From a candidate division FCPU426 bacterium (lineage in GTDB: Bacteria > Oederibacteriota > Muellerivitia > Muellerivitales > Muellerivitaceae), in the NCBI GenBank assembly GCA_027452205.1, contig DAIDGV010000015.1, positions 11,111-75,110 on the forward strand: DNA of 64,000 nucleotides, in the 5' to 3' direction. This document shows positions 8,843 through 18,732 of the stretch, one piece after another. Both the position numbers and the translations under genes were made by a program. The notes under the pieces are model-generated. The model was not told the DNA's origin. It did no database searches and was given only the letters and a program-made list of their open reading frames with translations. Positions within the stretch are counted from its first letter, which is position 1; every line of letters starts with the position of its first letter.

Positions 8843-10840
8843 TTGAATTCTTTCCGTCGTTTATCTAAAAAAACCGTCATGCTTATCCTTTCGTCCCTTC
8901 TCTTGTCCCCTCCAGCCACTTGGGCCCTGAGACCCATCGAACATTATCACGATCTGATCGCGGGTGAACCTGAACCCGGATACCGGGATGGTTCCTTCGA
9001 ATCAGCCCTTTTTAACGGTCCTCAAGGACTCGCTCTGAACGGGGATGGCACCCGGCTCTACGTTGCCGATAAGAACAATAATTGTATTCGGGTCATCTTC
9101 AGGGATCAGAACAACCGGGTCGAAACCTTGGCCGGATCCTCAAAACCCGGGGATTCCAATGGTTCCCTTAAAGAGGCTTCCTTCAATAAGCCAACCTTAT
9201 TGACCTACATTGGTAATGACCAGTTGATCGTTTATGATTCGGGCAATTTTAAGTTCCGCTCGATCGATCTGGCAAAAGGACAGGTCACTGATCTGGCTGG
9301 CAATGGCAAACAAGGCGATGTGGATGGAAAACCCGCCGAGTGTTCCCTCAATGATATTTGGAACATGGTCTATCTAGCCACCGACAACGCGATCTTTTTT
9401 TCTGAGCCGAACAACTATCGTTTAAGGAAGCTCGACTTGGTCGACGACTCGGTCTCTTCGGTTCTCTTGAACGACACCAAGATCCTGAGGCCCGGGGCTC
9501 TTTGCCTTTATCAAGGCAGCCTCTGCATCGTTGATTCCGCAAGTTCCAACGTATTCAAGGCCGATATCGTCAAAAAAGTTTTTGATCCGATCGGCAATTT
9601 TGACGCCGGCGACAAAACCCTTTCAACAGTCACTGCCATCGCCGCCTCTGGCAAAGACCTTTACGGCGCCAGGCTAGGAGTGGCTCAGCCTTGGGTTCGT
9701 CTGCCAGGCAACATACCAGTTCGTTTTTTCGATATTTGGGGTCATGAACTCTCCCCCAAACTGGCTCCCGCAGCCTTCGTGAACCGCCAAGTCTTGGGCC
9801 TGCTTCCGGATCCAAACCATGAGAAAAAATTCATTTTCACGGGCAAATCCCTGTCTTGCGTCTCTTCTTTCAAGGACTATAACTTCGCCCCCGGCGAGGA
9901 CATTGGCACCTATAACGCTTCCGGGATGAGCGAATTCGATTACCCGGATAAAAAGCCTCCCAAAACCTTCCGCATCCTTATCGTGGGCAATTCCCTTTCT
10001 TATTCCATGACCTTCGCCGATCAACGGGCGGGCACCTGGAACCGCAGCCGGTCTTTTCCCAAAGAACTTGAACTGTTCCTGAACACCAAGGCGGCCCTGG
10101 AGGATAACCCGCTTAATTACGAGATCCTTTCCATCGGACACCCTGAAGCGAACGTCTCTTGTTTCATTTGGCCCTATTACGAAGTTCCGGACTTGGTCAA
10201 AAAATTCGACATCGACTTCGTGCTTTTCATCATGCCTACCCAGACCTCTTATTCCTGCAACTTCTATTTCCAGAACCCAATCACCGCCGAGGGCATTCCT
10301 TCCGCCAAGAGCGATCCTGAATACTTGCTAAAACCCTGGAAAGACAAGATCCCCGAGGGCATCCCTAAGGATTTCTACGAAAAATGCCTGACCCATAATT
10401 GGGTCAAACCGGCCTCAAAAACCCAGTTGGATTTCCAGCCGACCCAAGTCACTTTGACCGATCCCGCGGTCAAAGAAGATGTGCTCGAGTTATTGAGCAA
10501 GCCGATCAAGATGCTGGCGGACAAATTGAAGGTCTTGAAGAACAGCGAAGGAAAACCCGTGGACTACCATATGTTCTTGATCTTCAGGGACGAAGTGAAC
10601 CCGGCGACCGAGCTCCAGCGCAGCTTTTGGAAAGACATGGCTAAAAGGGACGATTTCCCTTTATATGACATGGTGGGCGATTTTTTAGCCTTCAAACCGA
10701 CCTACGAGGGAATGTATTCTTATGAGGATTGGCATTACAACGCCAATGGAACCCCACTTTATGTCCAATTAGTGGCTCACGAATTGCTGCGCCAGCACCT
10801 AATCCCTTTCCCCACACCCAAACCGGAGCCTTCCAAGTAA
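8843..10840 (+). CDS. Secreted NHL-repeat + SGNH-hydrolase-like protein (paralogue of 30046..32031)
   Basis: Signal peptide; FNGPQGLAL...LYVADKNNNCIR and ETLAGS NHL repeats; KKPPKTFRILIVGNS (block I) and DWHYNANG (block V). Confidence 0.75.
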   Translation: MNSFRRLSKKTVMLILSSLLLSPPATWALRPIEHYHDLIAGEPEPGYRDGSFESALFNGPQGLALNGDGTRLYVADKNNNCIRVIFRDQNNRVETLAGSSKPGDSNGSLKEASFNKPTLLTYIGNDQLIVYDSGNFKFRSIDLAKGQVTDLAGNGKQGDVDGKPAECSLNDIWNMVYLATDNAIFFSEPNNYRLRKLDLVDDSVSSVLLNDTKILRPGALCLYQGSLCIVDSASSNVFKADIVKKVFDPIGNFDAGDKTLSTVTAIAASGKDLYGARLGVAQPWVRLPGNIPVRFFDIWGHELSPKLAPAAFVNRQVLGLLPDPNHEKKFIFTGKSLSCVSSFKDYNFAPGEDIGTYNASGMSEFDYPDKKPPKTFRILIVGNSLSYSMTFADQRAGTWNRSRSFPKELELFLNTKAALEDNPLNYEILSIGHPEANVSCFIWPYYEVPDLVKKFDIDFVLFIMPTQTSYSCNFYFQNPITAEGIPSAKSDPEYLLKPWKDKIPEGIPKDFYEKCLTHNWVKPASKTQLDFQPTQVTLTDPAVKEDVLELLSKPIKMLADKLKVLKNSEGKPVDYHMFLIFRDEVNPATELQRSFWKDMAKRDDFPLYDMVGDFLAFKPTYEGMYSYEDWHYNANGTPLYVQLVAHELLRQHLIPFPTPKPEPSK

Positions 10841-10856
10841 GGGTTCAAAAGCACTT

Positions 10857-11618
10857 TCAATGGCCCTTGCGGGCCGCCTTCTGATGGAAAACGAAGATAC
10901 ACCCCAGTATGAAAACCATTAGGGCGGCGCTGGCCGAATAACGGTCAAGGTTTAGCCCTCCATGGTCGACCGGCTTGTCCAAAAAATCGCCCAAGACCGC
11001 GCCCAAGGGCCGGGTCAGGATGAAGGCCGCCCAAAAAAGAAGGGTTCGGGAAACCTCAGTAAAGTAGTAAAGACTGGCGACGACACCTAAAAGCACCACA
11101 AAAACCCCAATACCGCCCAAGTAACCCATTTTTTCCGTGTCCGCCGTCCAATCGCCCAGGGCAGTTCCCAAGGTTTGGGAGAACATGATGGTCATCCAAT
11201 AGAAGATCTCGGTCTTTGGTGAACTAACGGTATTGATGGCAACCGATCCCAAGGTGAGATACCAAAGGGCCAAGGATCCCAAAAGCAAACTTAACAACAA
11301 GGTACTCCCTCCGGGATAACCAATACCGAGAGACCTATCGGCAAAATCGGCCATGGTAGTGCCGACCGTGGTCGTGGCGATAATCGTGAACCAATATATG
11401 ACCGGATGAAATCTTTTGGCCTTGATCTGGATCACTACCGTGATCAGGAAGATCGCCGCGAAGATGATCGTCCCCACCAAATAACCCAGGTTCATGGACA
11501 TGGTGACTGCGTCGCCCGCGGTCTCTCCTAAAGTGGTAGCGGCGATCTTGATGGCCCAAAAAAGCAGGGTCAATTCGGGAACTTTACTCAACACGTTATC
11601 GCTCTTGGTCTCGGCCAT
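10857..11618 (-). CDS. COG4705/DUF347-repeat integral membrane protein
   Basis: SKVPELTLLFWAIKIAATTLGETAGD, YWMTIMFSQTLGTALGD, FWAAFILTRPLGA. Confidence 0.88.
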   Translation of the reverse strand: MAETKSDNVLSKVPELTLLFWAIKIAATTLGETAGDAVTMSMNLGYLVGTIIFAAIFLITVVIQIKAKRFHPVIYWFTIIATTTVGTTMADFADRSLGIGYPGGSTLLLSLLLGSLALWYLTLGSVAINTVSSPKTEIFYWMTIMFSQTLGTALGDWTADTEKMGYLGGIGVFVVLLGVVASLYYFTEVSRTLLFWAAFILTRPLGAVLGDFLDKPVDHGGLNLDRYSASAALMVFILGCIFVFHQKAARKGH

Positions 11619-11639
11619 TCCTTCTCCAGTACCGGATCC

Positions 11640-12674
11640 TTATTGTCCCAACACCAGCAATCGGAACGTTCCGGGAATGACCTTGCGATGGGGTTTTCCT
11701 TTGGTTTTCGAGTCTTGGTGTTGTTCCACGGTCTTGGCTGTCGGCAAGAATATATGCCCTGTCTTCGCGTCAAAAGCCAAGGTGCGAGCCCCCGGTTCGG
11801 TCGTAACATTGCCGACCAAGGTGAAATGATCCGGCGCGTCTTCATGAACAACGGTCAAAGTTCCATCCCCATTGGAAACGAATACATTAGCTAAAGCGGG
11901 GTCAAAACAGGTTCCGTCGACATGTTCACCGATGGGAAAGGTCTGTATCACTTTTCCGTTTAAAGCACTCATGATTACCAAGGTCTTGTTACGGCATCCA
12001 CTAAAGAGCAGGTTGTTCTGAATGTCCATCGACAGCCCTGAGGGTGAATCCCCGGGAGCCAAGGGCCAACGGGCAAGGACCTTCAGGGTCTTAGCGTCAA
12101 GCTTGATGATCTCACTGGAACTTTCCAAATTGTCATAAAGGACACCCTGTCCGTCACTAACCGCCACTTCGGGCGCGGCCTTCAGGTCGATGGTCTTGAC
12201 CAGTTCGTCCTTTTTCGGATCGATGATCGTCGCGTTCTTGCTGTCACCATCGAAAGTAAGGACCATACCTGTGGACTTGTCATAAAGGATGACATCCGTA
12301 TCCGCATAGGTCTTGATCTCGGCCAAACGTTTGAACGTCTTCAGGTCGAAGACCACCACGCTACCCGGGTCACCGCTGGTGGCGTAACCCTTCCCCAGTT
12401 CGGACAGGACCACTACTCCATGGGGACGGGGTACATTCTCAACGGCTCCAATGAGTTTGTAAGTGTCCGCGTCGATCACTTGGACGCTGTTGTTATGTGT
12501 CAGATAGACCCGTCGTGCGTCGCTATCGACCGTTAAAAAGTCCCAACCATCATCCCCAGGCAAGGCCACCTTTTGAATGATCTTATAAGTCCCAGTCGTG
12601 TTTTGGGCCTGGCAATAACCGGTCAAGATCATCAAGAACAGCGATAAAACTTGGGCGTACCGATTCATGAACAA
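11640..12674 (-). CDS. Secreted YncE/YVTN-family beta-propeller protein
   Basis: Signal peptide; GWDFLTVD, PHGV, SNGDGTLTV, TEPGARTLAFD. Confidence 0.85.
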   Translation of the reverse strand: MFMNRYAQVLSLFLMILTGYCQAQNTTGTYKIIQKVALPGDDGWDFLTVDSDARRVYLTHNNSVQVIDADTYKLIGAVENVPRPHGVVVLSELGKGYATSGDPGSVVVFDLKTFKRLAEIKTYADTDVILYDKSTGMVLTFDGDSKNATIIDPKKDELVKTIDLKAAPEVAVSDGQGVLYDNLESSSEIIKLDAKTLKVLARWPLAPGDSPSGLSMDIQNNLLFSGCRNKTLVIMSALNGKVIQTFPIGEHVDGTCFDPALANVFVSNGDGTLTVVHEDAPDHFTLVGNVTTEPGARTLAFDAKTGHIFLPTAKTVEQHQDSKTKGKPHRKVIPGTFRLLVLGQ

Positions 12675-12774
12675 CCTTTCCGGAACTGTTGTGTGATTCT
12701 ACGCATTTTAGACGCAAGGAGCCTTGCTTCGGGCTGGCCAAAGTTCGATAAATGGCATGTAAATGCAGAACAAC

Positions 12775-12808
12775 AAAAAAGCCTGTCAGCGAAAGCTGAC
12801 AGGCTTTT
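12775..12808 (-). terminator. Intrinsic terminator after tRNA-Asp
   Basis: AAAAAAGCCTGTCAGC-GAAA-GCTGACAGGCTTTT perfect hairpin. Confidence 0.9.
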
Positions 12809-12816
12809 GATCTAAA

Positions 12817-12894
12817 TGGCGGGGTTGACGGGGCTCGAACCCGCGACCTCCTGCGTGACAGGCAGGCGCTCTAACCAAGCTGAGCTACAACCCC
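12817..12894 (-). tRNA. tRNA-Asp(GTC)
   Basis: GGGGTTGTAGCTCAGCTTGGTTAGAGCGCCTGCCTGTCACGCAGGAGGTCGCGGGTTCGAGCCCCGTCAACCCCGCCA folds as a full cloverleaf with encoded CCA. Confidence 0.98.
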
Positions 12895-12971
12895 TTGCAG
12901 GAGACGGAAAATGAAGGAAGGAACTTCCATCGCTTTGTCACGCCCTTGTAAGGGAAGCGAAACGAGGGCGT

Positions 12972-13000
12972 ATAGTACCCACCCTTGTGGTTTTCGTCAA
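12972..13000 (-). promoter_or_regulatory. Sigma70-type promoter of tRNA-Asp
   Basis: TTGACG-17 nt-TACTAT. Confidence 0.8.
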
Positions 13001-13032
13001 TACTTCAAGGGCCCTGAAGCTGGCCCTTTTTC

Positions 13033-16000
13033 TTAGGAAACCGGCTGGGGTTCCAACTCACCCGCTGGTTTTTCAAGTTTGAATTTCTTTACCGCGAAAC
13101 GGGACATAGTGTTCTTGAGGACACTCTTTGCCGAAATTTTGTACAAGTATTCGCCCACCGGCATCTTGGTAGCGTCCCAAATAGTGACAGCGTAGGCGCC
13201 GCCTTCTTTCTTTTCTTCTAATTTGGCCGCCAACCCGCCGGTCGCGTCGAAGATCTCCAGGGTGACGTTGCAGTCTTCCTTGAGGAAATAATAAAAACGC
13301 ACCGGGCCCGGCTGAGGTGGATTGGGCAAGATACCCAGGTCCTCAACGAAGGTAGCGTCGATCAAACCCTGATCAACGGTGACATTGATATCTTTCACTT
13401 TCAGCACCGGGAACTGATCACTGTGCAACCGGATCTCGTACTTACCCTCTTTGAGCATCGAAAAATTAAACTTACCTTCTACATCCGTCGCGCAGGAAGC
13501 GACCACTTTGTCGCCCTGGGCCATTTCAACTTTTGTCCCCTCGATGGGCGTCTTTCCATCCTTGCGGAGGAAATGACCGAAGACTTTACCCAGACGGTCG
13601 ATGATGATCTTACGGCTGGCGGCCAAAGCGCCGGGCTTCCCTTTTTTACTGACCGCCGCTACGTGAAAATACCAGGTACCTTGCGCGACATCTTTGAGGG
13701 TCACCATACGTTCAGTGGTAAAAGTGTCCTGGGGTGTCAGTGTTTCGACCGGATTCGCGCTTATCTTGTAGAAATAGCCTTTAGGCGTGAAGGATCCGTC
13801 ATGGCGGTCCTCCCAGGTAAAGACCGGCGATTGGTCATTGATGGCTTCCCCTTCGCGCGGGTGGGTGGGGCTGGCGATGACCGGTGGCGGCATCTCGCCC
13901 GCCGCGATCAGCACCAGGAAATGGGTCGGCGCGGAAAGATTGCCCGCTTTGTCCCGGGCGGTCACATGGAAGTACCAAGTACCCGGTTCATCGGCCTTCA
14001 CTTCTACCGAGGAACCCATCAGTTTGAGGGCGTTATCCGGCATAGGCACCGTGTCCGGCTTTTTATCGAACGAATGGTAGTAGCAATCGATGCCTGACAG
14101 TTTGGGAGCCGAATCGATCTTGATCTCGACCTGGGTCTCCGAATACCAGCGTTCCCGGTCCGGATGGCTGGTCGAAGCCACATGGGGCGCCTCGGGCTTT
14201 TGTACGTCGATCTTCACCTTGTAATGGGCCGTTTGTTCGCTGATATTTCCCGCCCGGTCCTTGGCGACCAAATGAAAGTACCAGACACCGCTTTCCTGTT
14301 TGGGGAGTTCCAGACGGGTTTTGTTGAGGAATATGCCGTTCTCACCGTTAAGCTTGGTATTGGGACTCAGGTCAAAGGCGTAGTAATAGCCCACAATACC
14401 CGTCGCGTCCGAGGGGGGCAGCCAAGTAAGCACCGGCAAGGGATTGGAGCTCCAATCGTCGCTGGAGTGCGTCGGGCTGGAAACCTGGGGTGTGCCTACG
14501 CTTGCGTCAGACAAACAGGCCGCCGTGGCATTACCCTCGAACTGCTCGTTCCCCATTTTGTCGACGGCGTGTACGGAATAATAGTAGACGGTGTTTTCTT
14601 GAAGCTGAGAGCCTTTGTCGATGTAAGAGATCTCTTTGACCTCGCCATCGGTCGAGACCAGCTTGGGTTTTTGGCTTTCGATCCAGCGATAGACCCGGTA
14701 AAAGTTCAAGCCGGACACCCGGTCTTCCGCCGGGGACCACTTGAGTTCAATATCCCCGCCCGCCAAGGGAGTCGCCTTCAGCTGGACCACCGGGGTTGGG
14801 GGCGCGATGTCGATGGAAACGGCCACCATCTCGGTTTCCGGATATTCTTCCACGTTGCCCGCGGCGTCCTTGGCCCGGCAACGGAAAGCGTAACGCATAC
14901 CATCCTGGCCCTGATAAGCAGCATTCTTGTTGTTCACATTGACCAGCCAATCAGTCCAAGCACCTGTCTCGCCCACCTTGACCTGCACGTCAAAAGCCAC
15001 CACTTCGCCGCTGGCGTCGGTAGCGTCCCAGTTCAGGGCCAGTTGGGTCTTATCCATCAGGGCCGGTAAACGAACCATGGTGGATTTGGGCGGGGTCATA
15101 TCGACCCAAATGGGGTAATGGGTGGCTTCTTTACTGACATTGCCCGCCTTATCCTTGGCGGCGATGTGGAAGTACCACTTTCCGTCCTTCAAGGCCGGAG
15201 CGGTCATAAAGGTGCGGTTGACCCATTCGCCGTTGCCCGGGCCAGGAATGGTATGTGGATGCTGGTCGATGACCACGTAATAGCCGTCGATGCCCGCCAT
15301 GTCCTGGGGCACTTCCCAGGTCAATTTGGGCGCGGCGGACTTGACCCAGCGATGAACCGGGTGGGTCAGGCACTTCACCACCGGGGCAACAGCGTTGGAA
15401 TCGATCATCATTTTGAAATGAGCCAAGGCGCCGATATTTTGGGCCTTGTCCTTCGCGCAAACATGGGCATACCAAGTGCCGTCTTCCGGCAGATTAAAGG
15501 TGACGCTCCGGCTAGTGGTCCAGGCCATCTCTTTAAGCGACGGCATCCAGTTCTCTTCCCGATTGAAGATCGTGTAATAGCCTTCGATGCCCGAAAGATC
15601 AATGGGATCTTTCCAGGTCAGTTCCACATGACGGCCCGCGAACCAGCGGTTCGGGTCCGGATGGGTGGGCGAGGTCAATTCAGGCGCTTCGACATGGGTA
15701 TCCAGGCGAACGGTGTAAACGGTCGACTCTTCACTGATGTTGCCTGCCTTATCGGCGCAAAGGACCGACAGGTAATGCTCGCCATCTCGGGGAATATCCA
15801 GATTGATCTCGCCCTTTTCGATATAGCTAGAGCCCTGAGCCGCCGGTTTCACCCGCGGATCGTCCGTAAAGGTGTAGTAATAACCTGCCACACCCGAAAG
15901 GTCGCTGGGCGATGTCAGTTGGAAGACCGCCTTGGTCTTGGAATACCACTCGTTCTGGTCCGGATGGGTAGAAGAAGTGATCGTCGGCTGGGACACTTTG

Positions 16001-18603
16001 GTGTCGATATGCAGGGCATAGTGTCCAGCTTTTTTGGAGAGATTACCGGCCTTGTCCTTGGCGGTGATATGGAAATACCAAAGACCGTCCTCGGTCAATT
16101 CAAAGGTGAGGCTCTTTTGTTGGGTGAAAAGCGCCGTCTCCGGCTCAGGGATCGTATCCACCCGGCGGTCGATGCTGTAGTAATAACCGTCGATACCCGA
16201 AAGGTCTTCCGGTTCTTCCCAGGTCAGGGTCACCGCCCGGGCCCGGTACCACTTCTTCTCGTCGGGATGGGTGAAAGAATTGACTACTGGGGTCTTAGCT
16301 TCGGTATCTATACAGATCTTAAAATGGGTCGCTTGAGAGGAAAGATTCTCCGCCCGGTCTTTCGTGCGCACATGGAAATAGGAAACACCATCTTTGAGCT
16401 TGTCGACATTGATCTTGGTCTTGGTCGTCCAACGGGCATCCTCGGGCAGGGGCATCGCATTGGGGTCTTCATTGAGCAAGTAATAGAATCCATCAGTGCC
16501 CGACAGGTCCTGGGTCGGCACCAAGGTTAGTTCCAGCTTGCTCTTGGAATACCATTCGTCGCTCTCGGGATGTGTGGGCGAGGAAACCGCCGGGGCTTGT
16601 GCTTTGGTATCGATGCGGATGGGATAATGGGCCGCTTGAAGACCCACATTGCCAACCGCGTCCAGGGTAGAGATATGGATAAACCAAATATCGTCGTCCA
16701 GGGGCCCCAGGGTAATGCGGTTCTCCTTGGTCAGGTCCCCTTTGCTCGGTCCCGGCACCGTGTCGGGCACTTTGTCGGCCTTCACGTAATAACCCACCAC
16801 ACCGGACAGATCATCGGGCGTTTCCCAAGCGATGACTGGCGTCGGGTTCGGGACCCACTTGTCCGGATCAGGATGAGTGGAGCTGAATACCTTCACTGGC
16901 GGCAAAGCCTCGGTATCGATGTTCACCCGGTAATGGGCCGCTTCCATTCCGATATTGCCGGCCTCATCCACACCCGCCACATGGATATGCCAAATGCCCT
17001 GGGAAAGGCCCTGCAGGACAATGCGGTTCGAATCCGTATAAGTGGCCGCGGCTGGATCGGGGACCGAATCCGCTTTTCGATCGAGAACATAGTAATAACC
17101 GGTCAAATGAGCCGGGGCGGCCAAGTGCAATTCGACCATATCGCTCTTTTCCCACTTGTCCTGCTGGGGGTGGCTGGTCGAGGTGACTACCGGTTTATGC
17201 ACCACCGGGGTTCGCAAAGACAGGGTCTCGGTGACCGCCAAAGAAGAGGACCGATGGGCGCTGATAACTTTAAATTCATACTCCGTATCAGCCTTGAGAC
17301 CGGTCAAAAAGACCCGGTGTTTCGTGCGGTGGGCCTTGTCCTGAAAGGTTAAATTCAGTGCTGGGGCATCTTCCTTCACCCCGTAATGCACCTCGGAAGT
17401 GGCGGCAATATCCGTGTTCCAGGAAAGCACCACACTTTGGGAAGTGATCCTTTCGATGTGAAGTTCCGAGATGACCGGCATCCGGGCCATATCAAAGGTG
17501 GACCGAAGCAAGGAGGCGTGGTTCTCGCTGCCGGCGTAAAGATAGTCATAGAACACGCAGAAAGACCGGACGCCTTCCATATCTCCCGCGTAAGAGGTTT
17601 TCCACTCCACACCATCGAGGGTCTTTAAGACCCGGCCCGAATTACCCGTTCCCACGAAGAGGGTGTTCTCGAAAACTTCCATGCAATAACAATTCATTTC
17701 CCGGGCGCTTTCGTAAGCCACCAGCCAGTCCCGGCCATTGTTCGTACGGTAGATACGCACACCCTTCGATCCCGAGGTGCCCGCATAAAGAGCGCCGTCG
17801 AATTCCTTCAGGCATTGAATGAAACTTTGTCCGGTAGAAGCCACCTCTTCCCAGTTCAGGCCGTCCTCAGTGCAGAAGATCAACCCGCTGGGATAGGTGC
17901 CCACATAGAGCTTGTTCTTGAAAACACCCATGGCGGTCACTGCCGCCTCACTCAAGTTTGCCACCGCGTTCCAGTGAAGGCCGTCATAGGCGTAGATCTT
18001 CCCCTGGGAACTGGTGCCGGCATAAAGGCGGTTCTTGAACTCGATCAGGGTATGGATACGGTCTTCGCCGGTAGCGAAGGATTCCCGCCAGCTTTCACCG
18101 TCAGTCGTGTAGTAAATGGAACCGTTCAGATTGGTCCCCGCGAAGAGGACCTTTTCCTTGCCGGGCGTGCCATAGGCAGTCAGGCAATAGATCTGGGTGG
18201 AATAATCACCGCCGTCCTTGACCCGGGGGTCCGGCGTGAAGAACTTGGTATCGGTCTTGGTAACTAAATTGGACTTCCAAGAACCTGCCGTACCGCTATT
18301 GGAGTAGAAGACCTTGTCTCGGCCTGTGGCCGCGAAGATCTTCCCTTTGAACTCCGCCAGGGAATAGAACATGGAAATCTCTCTAAAATCCTCCACCGTC
18401 TCGAAATAAGCGGGGGCGGCTGTGGAGAAATAAAGGTCAATGGCGTTCTTGAGATTATCGAGGGCTTCTTTGGGATTACGGCCTTGGGCCTGGCAACCCG
18501 GTAAAGCGACACAGCGCGCCAACACATGGCTCGCCCGGGTCTCCAATTCGATCTGGAACTCGTAGAGGAAAGTTCTATTTTGAGCGTTGTCGTCTTTTTT
18601 CAC
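13033..18603 (-). CDS. 1856-aa multidomain protein: HicB-like N-terminus, about 7-blade propeller, 3 FN3-like domains, 10 Ig-like THP repeats, carboxypeptidase-regulatory-like domain, FlgD/T9SS-CTD-like C-terminus
   Basis: ALPGCQAQGRNPKEALDNLKNAIDLY; repeated F..LYAGT...T.DG..W; repeated S.THP...W...DLSG..GYY...WYFH...DKAGN; ILPNP...VTLEIFDATG...WDATKMPVGEYLYKI. Confidence 0.85.
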   Translation of the reverse strand: MKKDDNAQNRTFLYEFQIELETRASHVLARCVALPGCQAQGRNPKEALDNLKNAIDLYFSTAAPAYFETVEDFREISMFYSLAEFKGKIFAATGRDKVFYSNSGTAGSWKSNLVTKTDTKFFTPDPRVKDGGDYSTQIYCLTAYGTPGKEKVLFAGTNLNGSIYYTTDGESWRESFATGEDRIHTLIEFKNRLYAGTSSQGKIYAYDGLHWNAVANLSEAAVTAMGVFKNKLYVGTYPSGLIFCTEDGLNWEEVASTGQSFIQCLKEFDGALYAGTSGSKGVRIYRTNNGRDWLVAYESAREMNCYCMEVFENTLFVGTGNSGRVLKTLDGVEWKTSYAGDMEGVRSFCVFYDYLYAGSENHASLLRSTFDMARMPVISELHIERITSQSVVLSWNTDIAATSEVHYGVKEDAPALNLTFQDKAHRTKHRVFLTGLKADTEYEFKVISAHRSSSLAVTETLSLRTPVVHKPVVTSTSHPQQDKWEKSDMVELHLAAPAHLTGYYYVLDRKADSVPDPAAATYTDSNRIVLQGLSQGIWHIHVAGVDEAGNIGMEAAHYRVNIDTEALPPVKVFSSTHPDPDKWVPNPTPVIAWETPDDLSGVVGYYVKADKVPDTVPGPSKGDLTKENRITLGPLDDDIWFIHISTLDAVGNVGLQAAHYPIRIDTKAQAPAVSSPTHPESDEWYSKSKLELTLVPTQDLSGTDGFYYLLNEDPNAMPLPEDARWTTKTKINVDKLKDGVSYFHVRTKDRAENLSSQATHFKICIDTEAKTPVVNSFTHPDEKKWYRARAVTLTWEEPEDLSGIDGYYYSIDRRVDTIPEPETALFTQQKSLTFELTEDGLWYFHITAKDKAGNLSKKAGHYALHIDTKVSQPTITSSTHPDQNEWYSKTKAVFQLTSPSDLSGVAGYYYTFTDDPRVKPAAQGSSYIEKGEINLDIPRDGEHYLSVLCADKAGNISEESTVYTVRLDTHVEAPELTSPTHPDPNRWFAGRHVELTWKDPIDLSGIEGYYTIFNREENWMPSLKEMAWTTSRSVTFNLPEDGTWYAHVCAKDKAQNIGALAHFKMMIDSNAVAPVVKCLTHPVHRWVKSAAPKLTWEVPQDMAGIDGYYVVIDQHPHTIPGPGNGEWVNRTFMTAPALKDGKWYFHIAAKDKAGNVSKEATHYPIWVDMTPPKSTMVRLPALMDKTQLALNWDATDASGEVVAFDVQVKVGETGAWTDWLVNVNNKNAAYQGQDGMRYAFRCRAKDAAGNVEEYPETEMVAVSIDIAPPTPVVQLKATPLAGGDIELKWSPAEDRVSGLNFYRVYRWIESQKPKLVSTDGEVKEISYIDKGSQLQENTVYYYSVHAVDKMGNEQFEGNATAACLSDASVGTPQVSSPTHSSDDWSSNPLPVLTWLPPSDATGIVGYYYAFDLSPNTKLNGENGIFLNKTRLELPKQESGVWYFHLVAKDRAGNISEQTAHYKVKIDVQKPEAPHVASTSHPDRERWYSETQVEIKIDSAPKLSGIDCYYHSFDKKPDTVPMPDNALKLMGSSVEVKADEPGTWYFHVTARDKAGNLSAPTHFLVLIAAGEMPPPVIASPTHPREGEAINDQSPVFTWEDRHDGSFTPKGYFYKISANPVETLTPQDTFTTERMVTLKDVAQGTWYFHVAAVSKKGKPGALAASRKIIIDRLGKVFGHFLRKDGKTPIEGTKVEMAQGDKVVASCATDVEGKFNFSMLKEGKYEIRLHSDQFPVLKVKDINVTVDQGLIDATFVEDLGILPNPPQPGPVRFYYFLKEDCNVTLEIFDATGGLAAKLEEKKEGGAYAVTIWDATKMPVGEYLYKISAKSVLKNTMSRFAVKKFKLEKPAGELEPQPVS

Positions 18604-18732
18604 GGTGGACCCTGGTGCGAATTACCCGCGGCGCGCCTGATTTGCGGCTTCTTGCCGAAAATCACGGCTTGGCAGTGCCAGTTTCTGAACGAGAAACTGG
18701 CATGGGTCGGTTATTTTAGACCAATTAGCAGA

